Shown here: piece by piece, positions 22,801 to 36,219 of the stretch
Position numbering within the stretch: position 1 is the stretch's first letter
How the letters are laid out: each line of letters begins with the position of its first letter
Origin: Cenococcum geophilum
Lineage: Eukaryota
Direction: 5' to 3'
Assembly: GCA_050273025.1 (NCBI GenBank)
Contig: CP158635.1
Coordinates: 17,422,001 to 17,486,000 of the forward strand
Length of the DNA stretch: 64,000 bases
Notes under the pieces: generated by a model
The model's input: only the letters and a program-made list of their open reading frames with translations
The model's database searches: none
What the model was told of the DNA's origin: nothing
Made by a program: the position numbers and the translations under genes

Positions 22801-25586
22801 GTAGTAAAATCACCACTCTCTTTACTAAATTACTTAAGATAGGAAAGGTACCCTAAAAATAAAAGGTAGTAAAGATTATACCGCTATAGAAGCCGAAGTG
22901 GGGGGACTATATAGTAGCAAATAACTATAGGCCAATCTCCCTCCTCCTAACGCTAGGAAAAGTACTTAAATTGCTAGTAGTAGAGAGGATAGTATACCTA
23001 GTGGAGGAATATAGCCTACTACTTAAGACGCACTTTGGAGTTAGGAAGTAAAGGTTAATAATATATACGCTATCGTATCTCTATAAGGACGTATTTAGAG
23101 CGTAAAAAGGAAAGAAGACGCTATCTTTAGTATTATTTAATGTTAAGGGTACGTATAATAATGTGGCCATAGAGCCAGAAATTAGGAGATTACGGCAGCG
23201 TTAGATACCTTAGACGATTATATAATGGGTGTAGGACTTTTATATAAACTATTAAGCCTATATCCTAGTTAACGGATATATATTAGAGGTATAGGCGCTC
23301 CTATAGGCGGGTCTCCCGTAGGGATTAGCACTAGCCCTAATACTCTTTTTGTTCTTTAACGCGGATCTTATATAAAGTGCACCTAGAAATGGCAGCTCTA
23401 TAGCCTTTATTAATAACTACTTGGTATAGGTTATAGGCCCTATAGTGGAGGAAAATACGCAGATTATCTAGGGTAAGATTATACCGATGCTTAAGAAATA
23501 GGAGAGGACTAGTGGAGCCCAATTTAAAGTAAAGAAAACGTTATTTATTTACTTTACTAGATATAAAGAAGTAGGTAGGGATACCACCACGCCGCTCTAA
23601 TTTAAAGGAAAAGGGATCCCCCCGACTTAGGAAGTTAAAATCCTTAGGGTAATCCTTAATAAGGAGCTACGGTTTAAGGCGTACCTAGTGGATAAAGTAG
23701 GTAAAGCTACTAAGGTAGCGCTAGCGTTGCGTAGATTAAAGGGACTATAGTTTAAAAGTGTTAAGCAGCTAGCTAAGAGCTTGGTCCTACTAGTAGTAGA
23801 CTATATATTACTAATATAGTACCCGCTTACAATATAAGAGTTAATATAGCTCCTTTAGTAGGCGCAGAGGATTACGGCATAAGCTATTATTAGGGGGTTC
23901 CACTCCGTCACCCTACTAATAGCGGAAGTAGAAGCTGGCTTACTCCCTCTTAAGTAAAGGCTATATAACCAGGCTATTACATTCTAGGTATTAATTTATA
24001 AACTAGGCAAATTATATCCTTATTAGATGATTTAAAGATAGAGGCTTTATAAACGGCACTAATTACCGCTTTAGAGGACAGTAGAGATATATAAGGATGT
24101 CTAGGTAAATGGGGTGCTAGAGGTTAAACCGTATACATACCCGCCGTAAGTGGCTAAGCCTAATATGGTAATATATAAGGACGAAGATTATGCTTAAGCT
24201 ATTATTAAAGACTATAAGCTAGGGCAGGTTAACATATACGTTAATATATTGGTACGTAATAGTAGGGCAGGAGTTAGTATATATACTACGCCATCTAAAG
24301 TAACGCTTTTAAAAATGGTGGTAAGCTCTAATTAGGCTAACGCCTACCTTATAGAGCTTCTAGTAATTAGTAAGGCAGCTAACTAGCTATAGGACCCTAT
24401 ATATACGGCTGTTAACTAAGTAGGTTTTCTAATACCTGTATCTAGTATAAGAATATTCTTTAACTTATAATTAGCGTTACTGTTAGTATAGAGCTAGAGG
24501 GCTAGAGCCTGCTAGGAAATAGTTATAGAGATCTTAAAGAAGCTTTGGCTAAATAATGTTACACTATACTAGATTTTAGGCCACTTAGGATTTATAGAAA
24601 ATAAGAAGGCTAATAAGCTTACTAAAGTAGTAATAAGACTGGAGAGCGAGGAGCCACTATAGAGAGACGGCCTTCTATGGTACCTTGTGATGTAAGCGTT
24701 AAAAAAAGCTAAAATAATAATAGGACCGCTTTTATTAGGAAGATCTAATATAGGCAAGTTTATAAGAAAGATTAATATAATACTTTACCTTGGAAAGGCT
24801 ATAGGATTATACTAGTAGCTAATTAGCTTAGAAGCTGCTATCCTTATATAGCTATAAACCGGTAAGTTATTTCTAAAGGAATATCTCTATAAAATTAATA
24901 TATTAAAGACGGCGTTATGCGACTATAGGCTTATAGAGTTAATATAGCACTTTCTCTTCTCTTATAGGAGGTGGGCGTAGTAGAGGATTAAACTAAGAGA
25001 GCAATATAGAGATTAATTTAGGGATCTATTATATGCATTAGGAGGCTACTTACGTAGACAAGAAGAAGGCAGGAATATTAACGGCCTAATTAAGCGCTAG
25101 AAGCCAGATATTAGCGTAGTTAAAGCTATAATTGAATTTATAAAGGAGACTAGACGTTTATACCTAAGCGTATAAGATATAGAGAGCATAGAAGCCAATA
25201 TTAATAAGTAAAGACTCTTAAGAATTCCTTCTCTAATTATCTAACCAAATACACCGCAAGCCTCCTCTATACGTGCCTTTATTAGTATGTCGCTAATTAA
25301 GAAGCGTATAACGCTAGAATAGCCCTACGGACACAAGGCATCGAAAACTACTTACTTAGGCTCGCCTCTAAACTCTAACTTTCTTTAATAGTAATATATT
25401 ACTTTCCTTTATTTATTCCTTAGTTAAGTATAGCGTTAGGTAATAGATATATAGTTCTTATAGTTGGCTTCTAAACTAGAGCAAGCATATTAATGGCAGG
25501 AAGTATTTAGTTAGCGCTCTGTAACGGCTTATACCCTAGATAGTGCATGGCTATAATAGAATATATATATATATATACATATATAC
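19860..25586 (+). mobile_element. Tad1-like LINE copy A, near full length (ORF1 with zinc knuckles; ORF2 APE-RT-RNase H), RIP-inactivated
   Basis: Degenerate CCHC at ~21135-21290. APE start LQAN.. at ~21360. RT NYRPISLL.TLGKVL at ~22922, GLP.G..LA.ILFLFFNADL at ~23310, degenerate FIDD at ~23405. RNase H at ~24230-24625. (TA/CA)n tail. TSD GGATACRATA at 19850-19859 and 25587-25596. Confidence 0.92.
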
Positions 25587-25596
25587 GGATACAATA

Positions 25597-25672
25597 AGCG
25601 CTTTATAACGGCCCAAACCCTAGATAGTGTATGGCTATAATAGAATATATATACATATATATATATATACAT
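25597..25672 (+). mobile_element. ~75-bp 3'-terminal stub of the same LINE family
   Basis: agcgct..aacggc..ccctagatagtg.atggctataatagaatatatatac.. matches the 3' ends at ~25514-25586 and ~44417-44487. Confidence 0.85.
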
Positions 25673-28228
25673 TTTTGTGGCGTCCCGATGGCTACTTTAA
25701 CCCCTAAACGCGTATCAGCAATACCACCTCTGGACCCGCCAGCAGCTCCACTAAGACGTATAAGGAAACCAAGCGCGAAGGTATAAGAGGCCTAGCAGTC
25801 GCTAAGGACACGAGCCGCTTAAAGATCAGCATAGTTTAAATAGCAGACCGCACTATAAACCGGAATACAAGCTACGCAGCATATACTGCCTCTATTCCCT
25901 ATAGTAAGAGTCTCCGCCTCACCTAAATATAAAGGAGGAGGTATTAATTGTAATAAATTCTGTCGACTTATTAAAAGCTTTAAAGAAACTATAGTATAGT
26001 AGAGCAATATTATTATAAGCTAGAATAGTATTATTAAGAGTATTAGAAATAAACTAGTAGACATTAAATTAGAATAGCAAAGCCTTAAAAAGCAAAATAC
26101 TAAACTTTAAAAAGCTATCTGGTCCTTATAAGCGCAACTAAATACTCCTTTAGCTTTAATATAATTATAGGCATTAATAGTAGCTAGTAGAGGCATAGTA
26201 GGGTTAGAGATAACTTTACTATAAATAATAAGCGCTAAGAACTTTAAGGAACCTAATTAGTAGTTAGTAATAGATATTAGCTAAGCGGGTTTAAAGGTAA
26301 TAGAGAAGGTAACTACTACTAAAGTAATAAAGTAAACTATTGTGTAAGGTATAAAGGATATTAATAGGCTTATAGGAGCTATAATTAAGGACTTCCGCGT
26401 ATAGCGAATAAGTAATAGCGTAAGCATTATTAGACTCTTAGTAGAAAAAGATAAAGAAGCTATATTTAGGTAGACGGCTACCTAATAACTTAAACCGTAT
26501 ATCCCTAGGGCGAGGCTTATTAGACCTAAGTAGTATATAGTTAAGGTAGACTAAGTTAAAGTACCTTTAGCAATAAATATTAATAGTAAAAAAGTAAGTA
26601 AGTTAGCTATAAAGCGCTTTAGGATAGAGAATAGTATAAAGGTATATATAATAAGATAGCTTAGACAACTAAGGCTACGCGGCTAGCACGTATTAGTAAT
26701 TATTAAAGTAGTAATAAAGAAGGATATAGAGAAGCTGCTTATATTAAATAACGTATTATTTAGGGGAAGTGCAATTATTATATTACTATTTAAGGAGAGA
26801 TGTACCCCTATAGTATGCTATAGATATAAAAGGTTTAAATATAGGGCTAGAGACTATACGCGACCTAATATATACGAAATATATAGGTGGGAAGGCCATC
26901 TCTAGTATAAGGCGGTTAATTTATATTACGTAAACTACTATGGTTATTATTAAGCCTTATACTGTAAATAACTAGTATATAGGAAAGATATAGATAGGAT
27001 TTTTATATAATAGCGCTATAAATAGAGAACTTTAGATCTTTTAGGCAAATATAAAGAAGTATAGAGAAGCATAGTATGCGCTATATAATAATAAAGCGCT
27101 AGCAGACTTCTATTTTATTCTAGGTTAGGGACTTTATTACTTTCTCTTAAATAGGGAAGTAGTGCTAGCTGGCTTAATCCCTAGTAAATAAGGTTCGTCC
27201 TAATAGGTAGAAAGTAGCAGTTTTTTTAAATTAGGTTATATATCTAGGCATTTAGAGAGCTGGCAGCTATATAGCTATAAATAGATTTAGTAGATATTAC
27301 GGCAGTAGTAGCGTATATTAGCTAAAGGAGATTTATAATTATATTAGTATATATTCTAGATAGATATTTAAGGAGAACCAAAGAAGAGAATCTAGAGGAG
27401 CTCTTTAGTAGGCTAAAGATAATTAATAGTCTAATCTAGGGTAAACTATTACACAACCTATATATTAAGGTAGTAATTATAGGCGACTTTAATCAGCATA
27501 ATCTGCTATAGGGAGGAAGCTATATTAGCACTATATTAACGCAGGAAGAAAGCGCGCTAATTATTAACTTTATAGCGGACTAGTTACTTTAGAGCCTATT
27601 TCTAGTAAGAGTACTTATATTTAAGAGTAACGCGGGGCGAATATTAATAATTAACCTTATATTTGTAACTTTAGGCCTAATAAGTAAACTAGTAAAGTGC
27701 GTTATCTAAAAGTATAAGTACGGATTAAACTATAGAGCTATCTATACTAGCTTTTAGGTTAGTATAGACACGCAAAAGAGCTAGGAGAGGCTATTTATTA
27801 AAAATATAAACTAAAACGAGATTTAAGAAGATATGAAGTAATAAAAAAAGATAGTATTTCCTATAGAAGATATAGACGAAATAGTTAATAGAGCCCTTAA
27901 AGTATACTACTAGCGGGCTAAGCTATTACTATATATAAAAAGATGGTAGAACGAAGATCTTATAACGCTAAGAAAGTTATATATATACTAGAGGAATAGA
28001 AATAGTATAATATAGAGGTAAGAAAGGGACGACCCTAAGCTATGCGATATTATAGTAAGAGTAAAAAAGCTCTTTTATAGGACTATTCAGCAATATAGGA
28101 AGCTCCATTAAGACGAATTCCTTAGTAATAGTAATAATGTATAAAAAGCGTTAAAATACCTTAATCCACAGGCTATATCCGCGTTCGCTAGAATATTACT
28201 AATTAAGAAGGCTAGAAAATAGGGAAAG

Positions 28229-31200
28229 TGTTACGGGACGAGGGCAGTGGCTACAAAGCGTATGTATTCGAGGAGTCTATAAGACGTTGCGCGATCGATC
28301 GTAAGGGTTAAGGGCGTAAGGAGGTGATATACCTACGCGTAGCTGACATAAGCTGTACGCGAGGTATACGCGAGAGCACGGGGCTCTCCTATAGAGGCCC
28401 CTGCGGTAGGGTTCCGTGATACTACCCCCCCTCTTATAGAGGCGGAGCTCCGGCGACGCTGTGGTTACTATATATATATAAAAGAGATACTTAAGGTATA
28501 GAAAAGAAGAAAAGGGGGGTATTGCTAAAGGCTTAAAACAATGTTATGTAATAGGGCTTGGCATCTAAGAATCTAACTAATTAGACAACTTCGACCGCCG
28601 GTTAAAGTTTTTAGACATCTTAACGATATTCTGGTTACGTAATCGCACTTTACTGCAATCTAACGGCAATTTAACGGCAATTTACCCTTATATAGTAATA
28701 TATAACGGTTTAACTCTATAAGGGCTCCTATAGAGGATTAGGTATAAAGTCTCTGCTTAGGCCCAGTTTCTATAGGTTTGCGTAGTAAAAGTCGCTAATT
28801 AAATCCTTTGCATTTTTAAAGTCTTCCTATAGTTGCTATTCTAGCTAATCTATATTAAATCCTATATATATAGCTCTATAGTAGAGCCATTATCCTCTGC
28901 CTTTGCTAAAGTATTTAGAGTTAATAATTCGTTTAACGGTCTACTCCTCGTAGTTCTTGTCTTCATTCTCGTCTTAGATTAATACTAGTAGGGGTTTAGG
29001 CTATATCTGCCCTAGTAAGGGGTTAGGCTAATAGAGGTGTAATAGCTATAGGTAAAATACGGGCTATATCCCGTAAGTAGCTAGGGTAGGTAAGAGTTCT
29101 AGCTTATATACGGCTCCCCTATTAATAACTTGTTTAATTGGATAGAGGCTAAGGTTCTTATAATTAAGTAACTTTATAGGCCTCTACGTAGAGATATTAC
29201 GTGCATTTAGCTATACCTAGTCGCCAACACGCATCTCCGGTGGTGGCGTTCTATAATAGTCGGCGAAGTAGGCCTACTTTACTTAAGCCTAGGCCATTTC
29301 TCCCTTGCAGTAGTTAAGTAGATTTTTTATACGGTCTATATACTAGTCGGTAAGTAGCATTTTAAGGCGTTTTTTATATAGTAGTTTCTTATTAATAGGT
29401 TCTAGTAGCTCTATGCCGGATTAGGGGTAATAACCCTTGTTTGCGAAGAACGGGGTAAGTCCTATAGTAGTTAAGACGTAGTTATTCGCTGTAAATTTAC
29501 CTAGTAGGAGGTAATCTACCCAGTTATCTTAACTATAGGCGACTACCTGTTATAGGTACGCTTTTATATTGGCATTAGCGTTTTCTGGTTACCCAGCAGT
29601 TTTATAGTAGAAGGATATAGATATCTTAACGGAGATGCCAAGGCGTTAGCAGATTCGTCTCTATATATTAAAGTTAAATTATATACCTTAGTTGGACGTA
29701 ATCGAGTTAGGTAGCCTATATAGTCAGTAAACTTTATAAAGGAAGGCGTTAGTAACGTCGCTGACGGCTACGCCTTCGGTTAGGACGTAGTGGCGCTCTT
29801 TTATAAGTCGGTATATTATTATAAGGATGTTCTTATAGGTACGGCCGTATTATGTATAGGGTAGTAGGTTAATAACGAAATCTATGGCGATATCTGCCTA
29901 TCGTCGTATAGGTACTAGTAGAGGGTGTAGTAGTTCTTAGTACTTTGTATTAAAGGCCTTAGCGCGCTTATAACCATAGCAGGCGCCTATAAAGCGTTTA
30001 ACTAAGTCTATTATTTTTAGCCAGAAGTAGTATCGGCTAAGAAGCTTGTAGGTTCCTCCTCTGCTTAGGTAGCCGCTTAATTAGAGGTCGTAGGCCATTT
30101 AAATTAGTTGCCGTTATAGATTTTCTAAGTTAGGGATAAATAGGCGGCCTCTATAATAGAGCCTATTCTCTTTTACTTTTAAGGCTGCTATATTAATCTA
30201 GCCTAAGCTTTAGAGGTTAGTAGGCAGCGTATAGGCGCTAGCAGTCTTTACGGCAATAAGTTGATATAGTAATAGGTCGATAGAGGCGTTATATACCGTA
30301 GTAATAAGCTTATTAATTTCGGGAGGTGACTTTAGTTCTGTAATATAAAGCTGGGGTATAGTTGGCTCTATTATAGGTAGTATACCTAGGGCTAAATTTC
30401 GTGCTTTTAGGATTGTCTATTATTGGAACTAATTATAGGGGTTATTTTTAGACTAAGGAAGGTCTTGCGAGCGGCGTGTTAGGCTATTAGGTTTAGTACC
30501 TTATACTCCTAGTCTATATGCAATTTTAAAGTTAAAACTAGAGAGGAACTTGTTTTAACATGCTTAGCATTAGTTTAGCTACTTTATAGTTATAAAGTAC
30601 TTAAGATTATAATGGTCCGTAAGGACTTTAGTTGGCTAGTTAGGCTTTACTAAGGAGAGTTCTAGTTAGAATTCTTTAAATGCTTATATAATTGCAAGGA
30701 GTTCTTTATTATAGATCTTGTAGTTATACTCTTATAGTATAAGCTTAGATAAGTAGAATGCGACTAGGTAAAGGAAACCGTCATTACCTATCTAGGAGAG
30801 GACGCCTACGTTAACGTAGTCTAAGGAGTTGGTTTTAAGGTAGAGTTGTTATCCTAGTGTAAAGTAAGCTAGGATAGGTGCTTTAGTAAAGGCATTTTTA
30901 AGGTCTTAGAACGCCTTCTCGTATTTAGGCGTTTAGGTAAAGCGTAGGTGCGTTTTTCTTCCTTTTGCCAAAAGGCCCTTCGTTCGCATTATTGCTATAA
31001 GTAGTGCTACTATACCTAAGAAGTTATATATAAATTTCTGATAGAAGTTAGCGAAACTAAAGAAGGCTTATATGTCCTTAATGCAGTTAGGGGCTTACTA
31101 TTTAGTAATTATACGTACCTTCTCGGGGTCTATACGGACACCCTTAGTAGTAACAATTAGTTTAAGGTATTTTACTTCTATAACTAAGAATTTGTATTTC

Positions 31201-34200
31201 TTTAAATTAATATAAAGTCCTGCGTCCCTAAGGCGCTATAGAACCTTTTAAACGTGTTTGGTATACTTAAAGGGGTTATTACTATAAATAAGTATATTAT
31301 CTAGGTACGTAGAGCAGAAGTCGTTAAGGTAGTCCTATAAGGCGTTATTAATATAGCTTTAGAAGGTACTTGGGCCGTTATATACGCTAAAGGGTATAAC
31401 GGTATATTTAAATTGGCTGAAGCGCGATGCAAATGCGGTTTTCTATTTATCACCTTCCCGTATTTAGAGATAGTTAAAGGCGGTAATAATATCGAGCTTA
31501 GTATAGATTTTGGCTTAACTAAGCCGCTTAAGGGTCTTATGTATAAGTAGTATTGGGTATTAGTTTTTAATCGTAATAGCGTTAAGTCCTCTATAGTTAA
31601 CGCAGAATTAAATACCTCCTCCTAGCTTTTTAGCAAGAAGAATAGGGGCGGCTGCTAGTAATATACTGGGACGAATAAATCCTTTATTAAGGTGCTTGTC
31701 GATATACTTTTTTATAACTAAAAGCTCGTCTTTTAATATTAGGTAGGGTCTCTTATAAGGTGGCATTTTTCCTTATTTAATATTAATGGCATAGTTATTA
31801 GGTTAATGTGGGGGGAGTATATCTACGCTCTTTTATAAGTATATATCGGTAAAGTTATAATACCTCTTAGGGAGGAGCTTACGGAGTTCTTTATTAGTAA
31901 GTCCTTTTTTAAGCTTTATAAACTTCTTAAAGTCTAAAGGTAAAAGTCCGTAGAGTTTTATAGGGGCGTCATCTTCTAAAAGGTTAACTATGTCTATCCT
32001 ATTACTATAGAGGACGTAGTCCTATTCTTTATTAAGCTTATATAGTCGTAATTAGGAAGCTATAGTAACGGTCTAGCCTTTTTTATGTGCTATATAGTAG
32101 AAGGCCAGGGCACTTATATAGTGGTAGTTAGTTATAGGTAGGGTAATAAGGGGTTTCTTAGGTTAATATCCTAGGGAGTAAATAGAGGCGGCTAGGCCAT
32201 GCCCTAAGCAAGTCTCTCTGCAGTATTTAAAGTTAAAGGTTACTTCTCTCTTCTTCTAGTTAATAGTAGGGTTGTATTATTTAAGCTAGTTTATTTTAAG
32301 GATAATAGGGTAGTTGGTAAGTAGTATTATATAGGCCTAGAGTTCTTCCTGGTACCTATTTATATCTAGGTAGAGTTATACTATATAGGTAATCTTCTAT
32401 ATAGTATAATTACCGTTAGCGAGTTATAGGGCGCGGGCTTTAGTAAGGGGTAAGGTAAGTAGGTTATAAGTGCGCACGAATTAAGTATCTATAAATTTAT
32501 TAATAGCTCCGCAATTAATTATAGAACGGCTTTTATATTATTTTTTAGCAGTAGTTCCTATTATAGGTAAAACTATCTATTTCCGTCTATTTATTTTTAT
32601 AGAGTTATCTATTAAGTAAGCCAATATATAGATCCCTCCGTCGTTAGGGCGTCCTAACCCACGACTTAGGGCTAGGACTTAGCGTTTTCCATTTCTATAT
32701 CTAACTCTACCGCTATTACTACGTCTTTGTCTTATATAGTAGTAGCACGTAGTAATGTATTTAGTATTTAGGGTATTAGGTTAGGTATTAGGCGGTAGCT
32801 ACTAAACCTAGCTATTAGGTAGTTTAGGTTATTATAATAACAGCCTTTTTTAATGGCATCTATAGCAGCGTCCTAGTTTCTAGAGTAGCTTATATTCTCT
32901 ATCTAAAAGTTTCTATAGAAAGGTTAGTATAGAGAAATCGATATTAGTTCTAGTAGTACTTAAGGTAGTAGGCGTCGGTAGCTTAGTATATATAGGTTTA
33001 GTAGGCCCGGGGGGCTTCTATAGAGAGGTCTTTAGGTAAAGGTTAGTAGTAGCAATCTAATTTAGTCGTTGTTTAATCTTCTGTAGAGCTGCTACTATAT
33101 TATAAATATCGTTATAGTTATAGCTAGCGGCTACGTAATTAAGGCGATAAGTAACTTTTTTAAGGGGGTCCTTTTAGTTTTTAGTATTGTCTCAGGTAAG
33201 GGCTCCGGTATATTCCTAGAATTTAATATAGAATTTATTAAATAATTTGGTAGGGCTTATCTTTAGGGCACGTAGTTTAGCTTAGTTAGTGGCTAGTAGG
33301 TTATAGTCGCGGTATATTAGGTTAAGATTATTAAGGACTTCTTAGTAAGACTGCCACTTTTAGGGGCTACTAGTCTTCTATTAGGCGAAGAGTCTGTTAA
33401 ATAGTATACCCTTTATTCGCCTAATAATATAGCTAATCTTAGTATCTTCTATAGGAAAAAGATAGGCGCTCTAAGTTAGTTTTTTGCGGATTTATATCTT
33501 CTAGTAGCTATATTCCTTACGGTCTCCCTAAAAGACTAAGGAATTAGGGTAGCGTGTATTAGACCCTACGGTAGCAGTTTAGGTCCAATTATTATAGCTT
33601 TTATCGTTGCTACTTTAGTAGGGGTTCCTGTTAGGTAAAGCTGCTTAACGCTGGCCCTCTATTAAGTGTTAAGTAGGTAAAGTTGCCGGGGGCGTAGAGA
33701 CTTAGGTGGCGTTATATATAGTAGAGAGGTATTTAGCATTATTATGAATATACTCATTAAGCTAAGATTATAGGTATTTAATTATGCCTTCTTTTTTAAT
33801 AACTGTAGCAATTAGTGTAATCTCAGCCTTCTTTAACTATTAGATGTCGCGTTTAGATACGCAGAGGTTATCTTTAGTTTCTTAACGTATATTGTTAGCG
33901 AGCGCCTCACAAGCTTGTAGGTCTTAGATAATATCGCAATCTTAGGTAGTACGCATCTTAGCTTATATAAGCTTTAGGTAATAGTTCTATAGAAGGCGGT
34001 AGTATTTATTAGGGTCTCGTGCTACCATTTTTGCAAACGTCTCGGCGTCTTATATTTTAATTTTAATAGGTAGTAGCCCTTCTGTTTACTTATCCGTAGT
34101 TATATAGTTAATAAAAGATAAGATATTATCAGTGTCCGTCTCCTTAGGGGTTAAGGCTAGGGCTAATAAATCGAATTCTCCTGGGATTGATTGGCGTTGT

Positions 34201-34592
34201 AGGTTAGGTATAGGTATTAGATTATTCTTTAGGTTTAATATAGTAGCTAGTAAGGGATATTATCTTACTATTATGGGTTCCTTAGAAGTATAAAGTGAGG
34301 TAATTCGTAGACACGCTGCTTTTAGTAGCGTCTGCAGTATTATAGAGATATAGAATTGGTCGTAGGCTAAGCGTTAGTGGTAAAAAAGGCGCAACGTAAT
34401 GTTATGGGACGAGGGCAGTGGCTATAAAGCGTATGTATTCGAGGAGTCTACAAGACGTTGCGCGATCGATCGTAAGGGTCGAGGGCGTAAGGAGGTGATA
34501 TACCTACGCGTAGCTGACATAAGCTGTACGCGAGGTATACGCGAGAGCACGGGGCTCTCCTATAGAGGCCCCTGCGGTAGGGTTCTGTGACA
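28229..34592 (-). mobile_element. Ty3/Gypsy chromovirus LTR retrotransposon, full length, RIP-inactivated
   Basis: 193-bp LTRs at 28229-28421 and 34400-34592 (TG..CA). 5-bp TSD GAAAG at 28224-28228 and 34593-34597. PPT next to 28421. Minus-strand order gag, protease, RT (FCV.YRGLNAIT at ~31590, degenerate YLDD at ~31300), RNase H, integrase, chromodomain-like region at ~28760-28950. Confidence 0.93.
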
Positions 34593-36219
34593 GAAAGGTT
34601 ATTATAGAGAACTATAATATTGCAAGAGAACTACTCTAGACATTTTTTCTGGTTTTACCGCCGTGTAAATAAAAGGAGGACGCTATAGCTAGCTATAATT
34701 AATTACTGTAGGAGCCTATCGCTAAATATAAGGTTAAGGTAGCTGTTTTTAGGGCTAGCCTAAATAAGGCCCCTAAAAGGGACGGCCTACTAGCTAGGGT
34801 ATAGCGAGAACCGTAGCCTATATTAAGCAGTAAAATTACTACTCTTTTTACTAAATTACTTAAAATAAGGAAAGTACTATAGGAATAAAAGGTAGTAAAG
34901 ATTATACTACTATAGAAGCTAAAGCGAGGGGACTATATGGTAGTAAATAACTATAGGCTAATCTCCCTCCTCCTAACGCTGGGAAAAGTACTTAAATTAC
35001 TAGTAGTAGAGAGGATAGTATACCTAGTAGAGGAATATAGCCTACTACTTAAGATATACTTTAGAGCTAGGAAGCAAAGGTTAACGATATATATACTATT
35101 ATATCTCTATAAGGATATATTTAGAGCGTAAAAGGAAAGAAGACGCTATCTTTAGTATTATTTAATATTAAGGATATATATAATAATGTGGCTATAGAGC
35201 TAGAAATTAAGAAATTACAGCAGTAATAGATACCTTAGATAATTATATAATAGGTATAAGACTTCTATATAAACCGCTAAGCCTATATCCTAGTTAACGG
35301 ATATATATTAGAGGTATAGGCGCTCCCGTAGCCGGGTTTTCTATAGGGATTATTACTAGCCCTAATACTTTTTCTATTTTTTAACGCGGATCTTATATAA
35401 AGCGCACCTAGAAATAGTAGCTCTATAGCCTTTATTAATAACTACTTGGTATGGGTTATAGGCTCTATAGTAAAAGGAAATACGTAGATTATCTAGGGTA
35501 AGGTTATACTAATGCTTAAGAAATAGGAGAGAACTAGTAAAGCTTAATTTAAAGTAAAGAAAATATTATTTATCTACCTTACTAGATATAAAGAAGCGGG
35601 TAAGGATGCTACTATACCACTCTAATTTAAAGGAAAAGGAATCCCCCTAATATAGGATAGTAAAATCCTTAGGGTAATTCTTAATAAAGAACTAAGGTTT
35701 AAGGTATACCTAGTAAAAAAGGTAGGTAAAGCTACTAAGGTAGTGCTAGCGTTGCGTAGATTAAAGGGATTATAGCCTAAAAGCGTTAAGTAGCTAGCTA
35801 AGAGCTTAGTCCTACTAGTAGTAGACTATATATTGCTAATATAGTACCTGCTTATAATATAAGAGCTAATATAGCTCCTTAAGTAGGCGTAGAGGATTAT
35901 GGTATAAGCTATTATTAAAAGGTTCTATATTATTGCTTTACTAATAGCAGAAGTAAAAGCTGGCCTGCTCTATCTTAAGCAAAGGCTATATAACTAGGCC
36001 ATCGCGTTCTAGGTATTAATATATAAACTTAGCAAATTATATCCTTATTAAATAATTTAAAGATAAAAGCTCTATAGATAGTACCAGTTGCCACTTTAAA
36101 GGATAGTAGAGATATATAAGGATATCTAGGTAAATAGGATGCTAGAGGTTAAACTCTATATATACCTGCCGTAGGTAGCTAAGCCTAATATAGTAATATA
36201 TAAGGACGAAGAATATACT

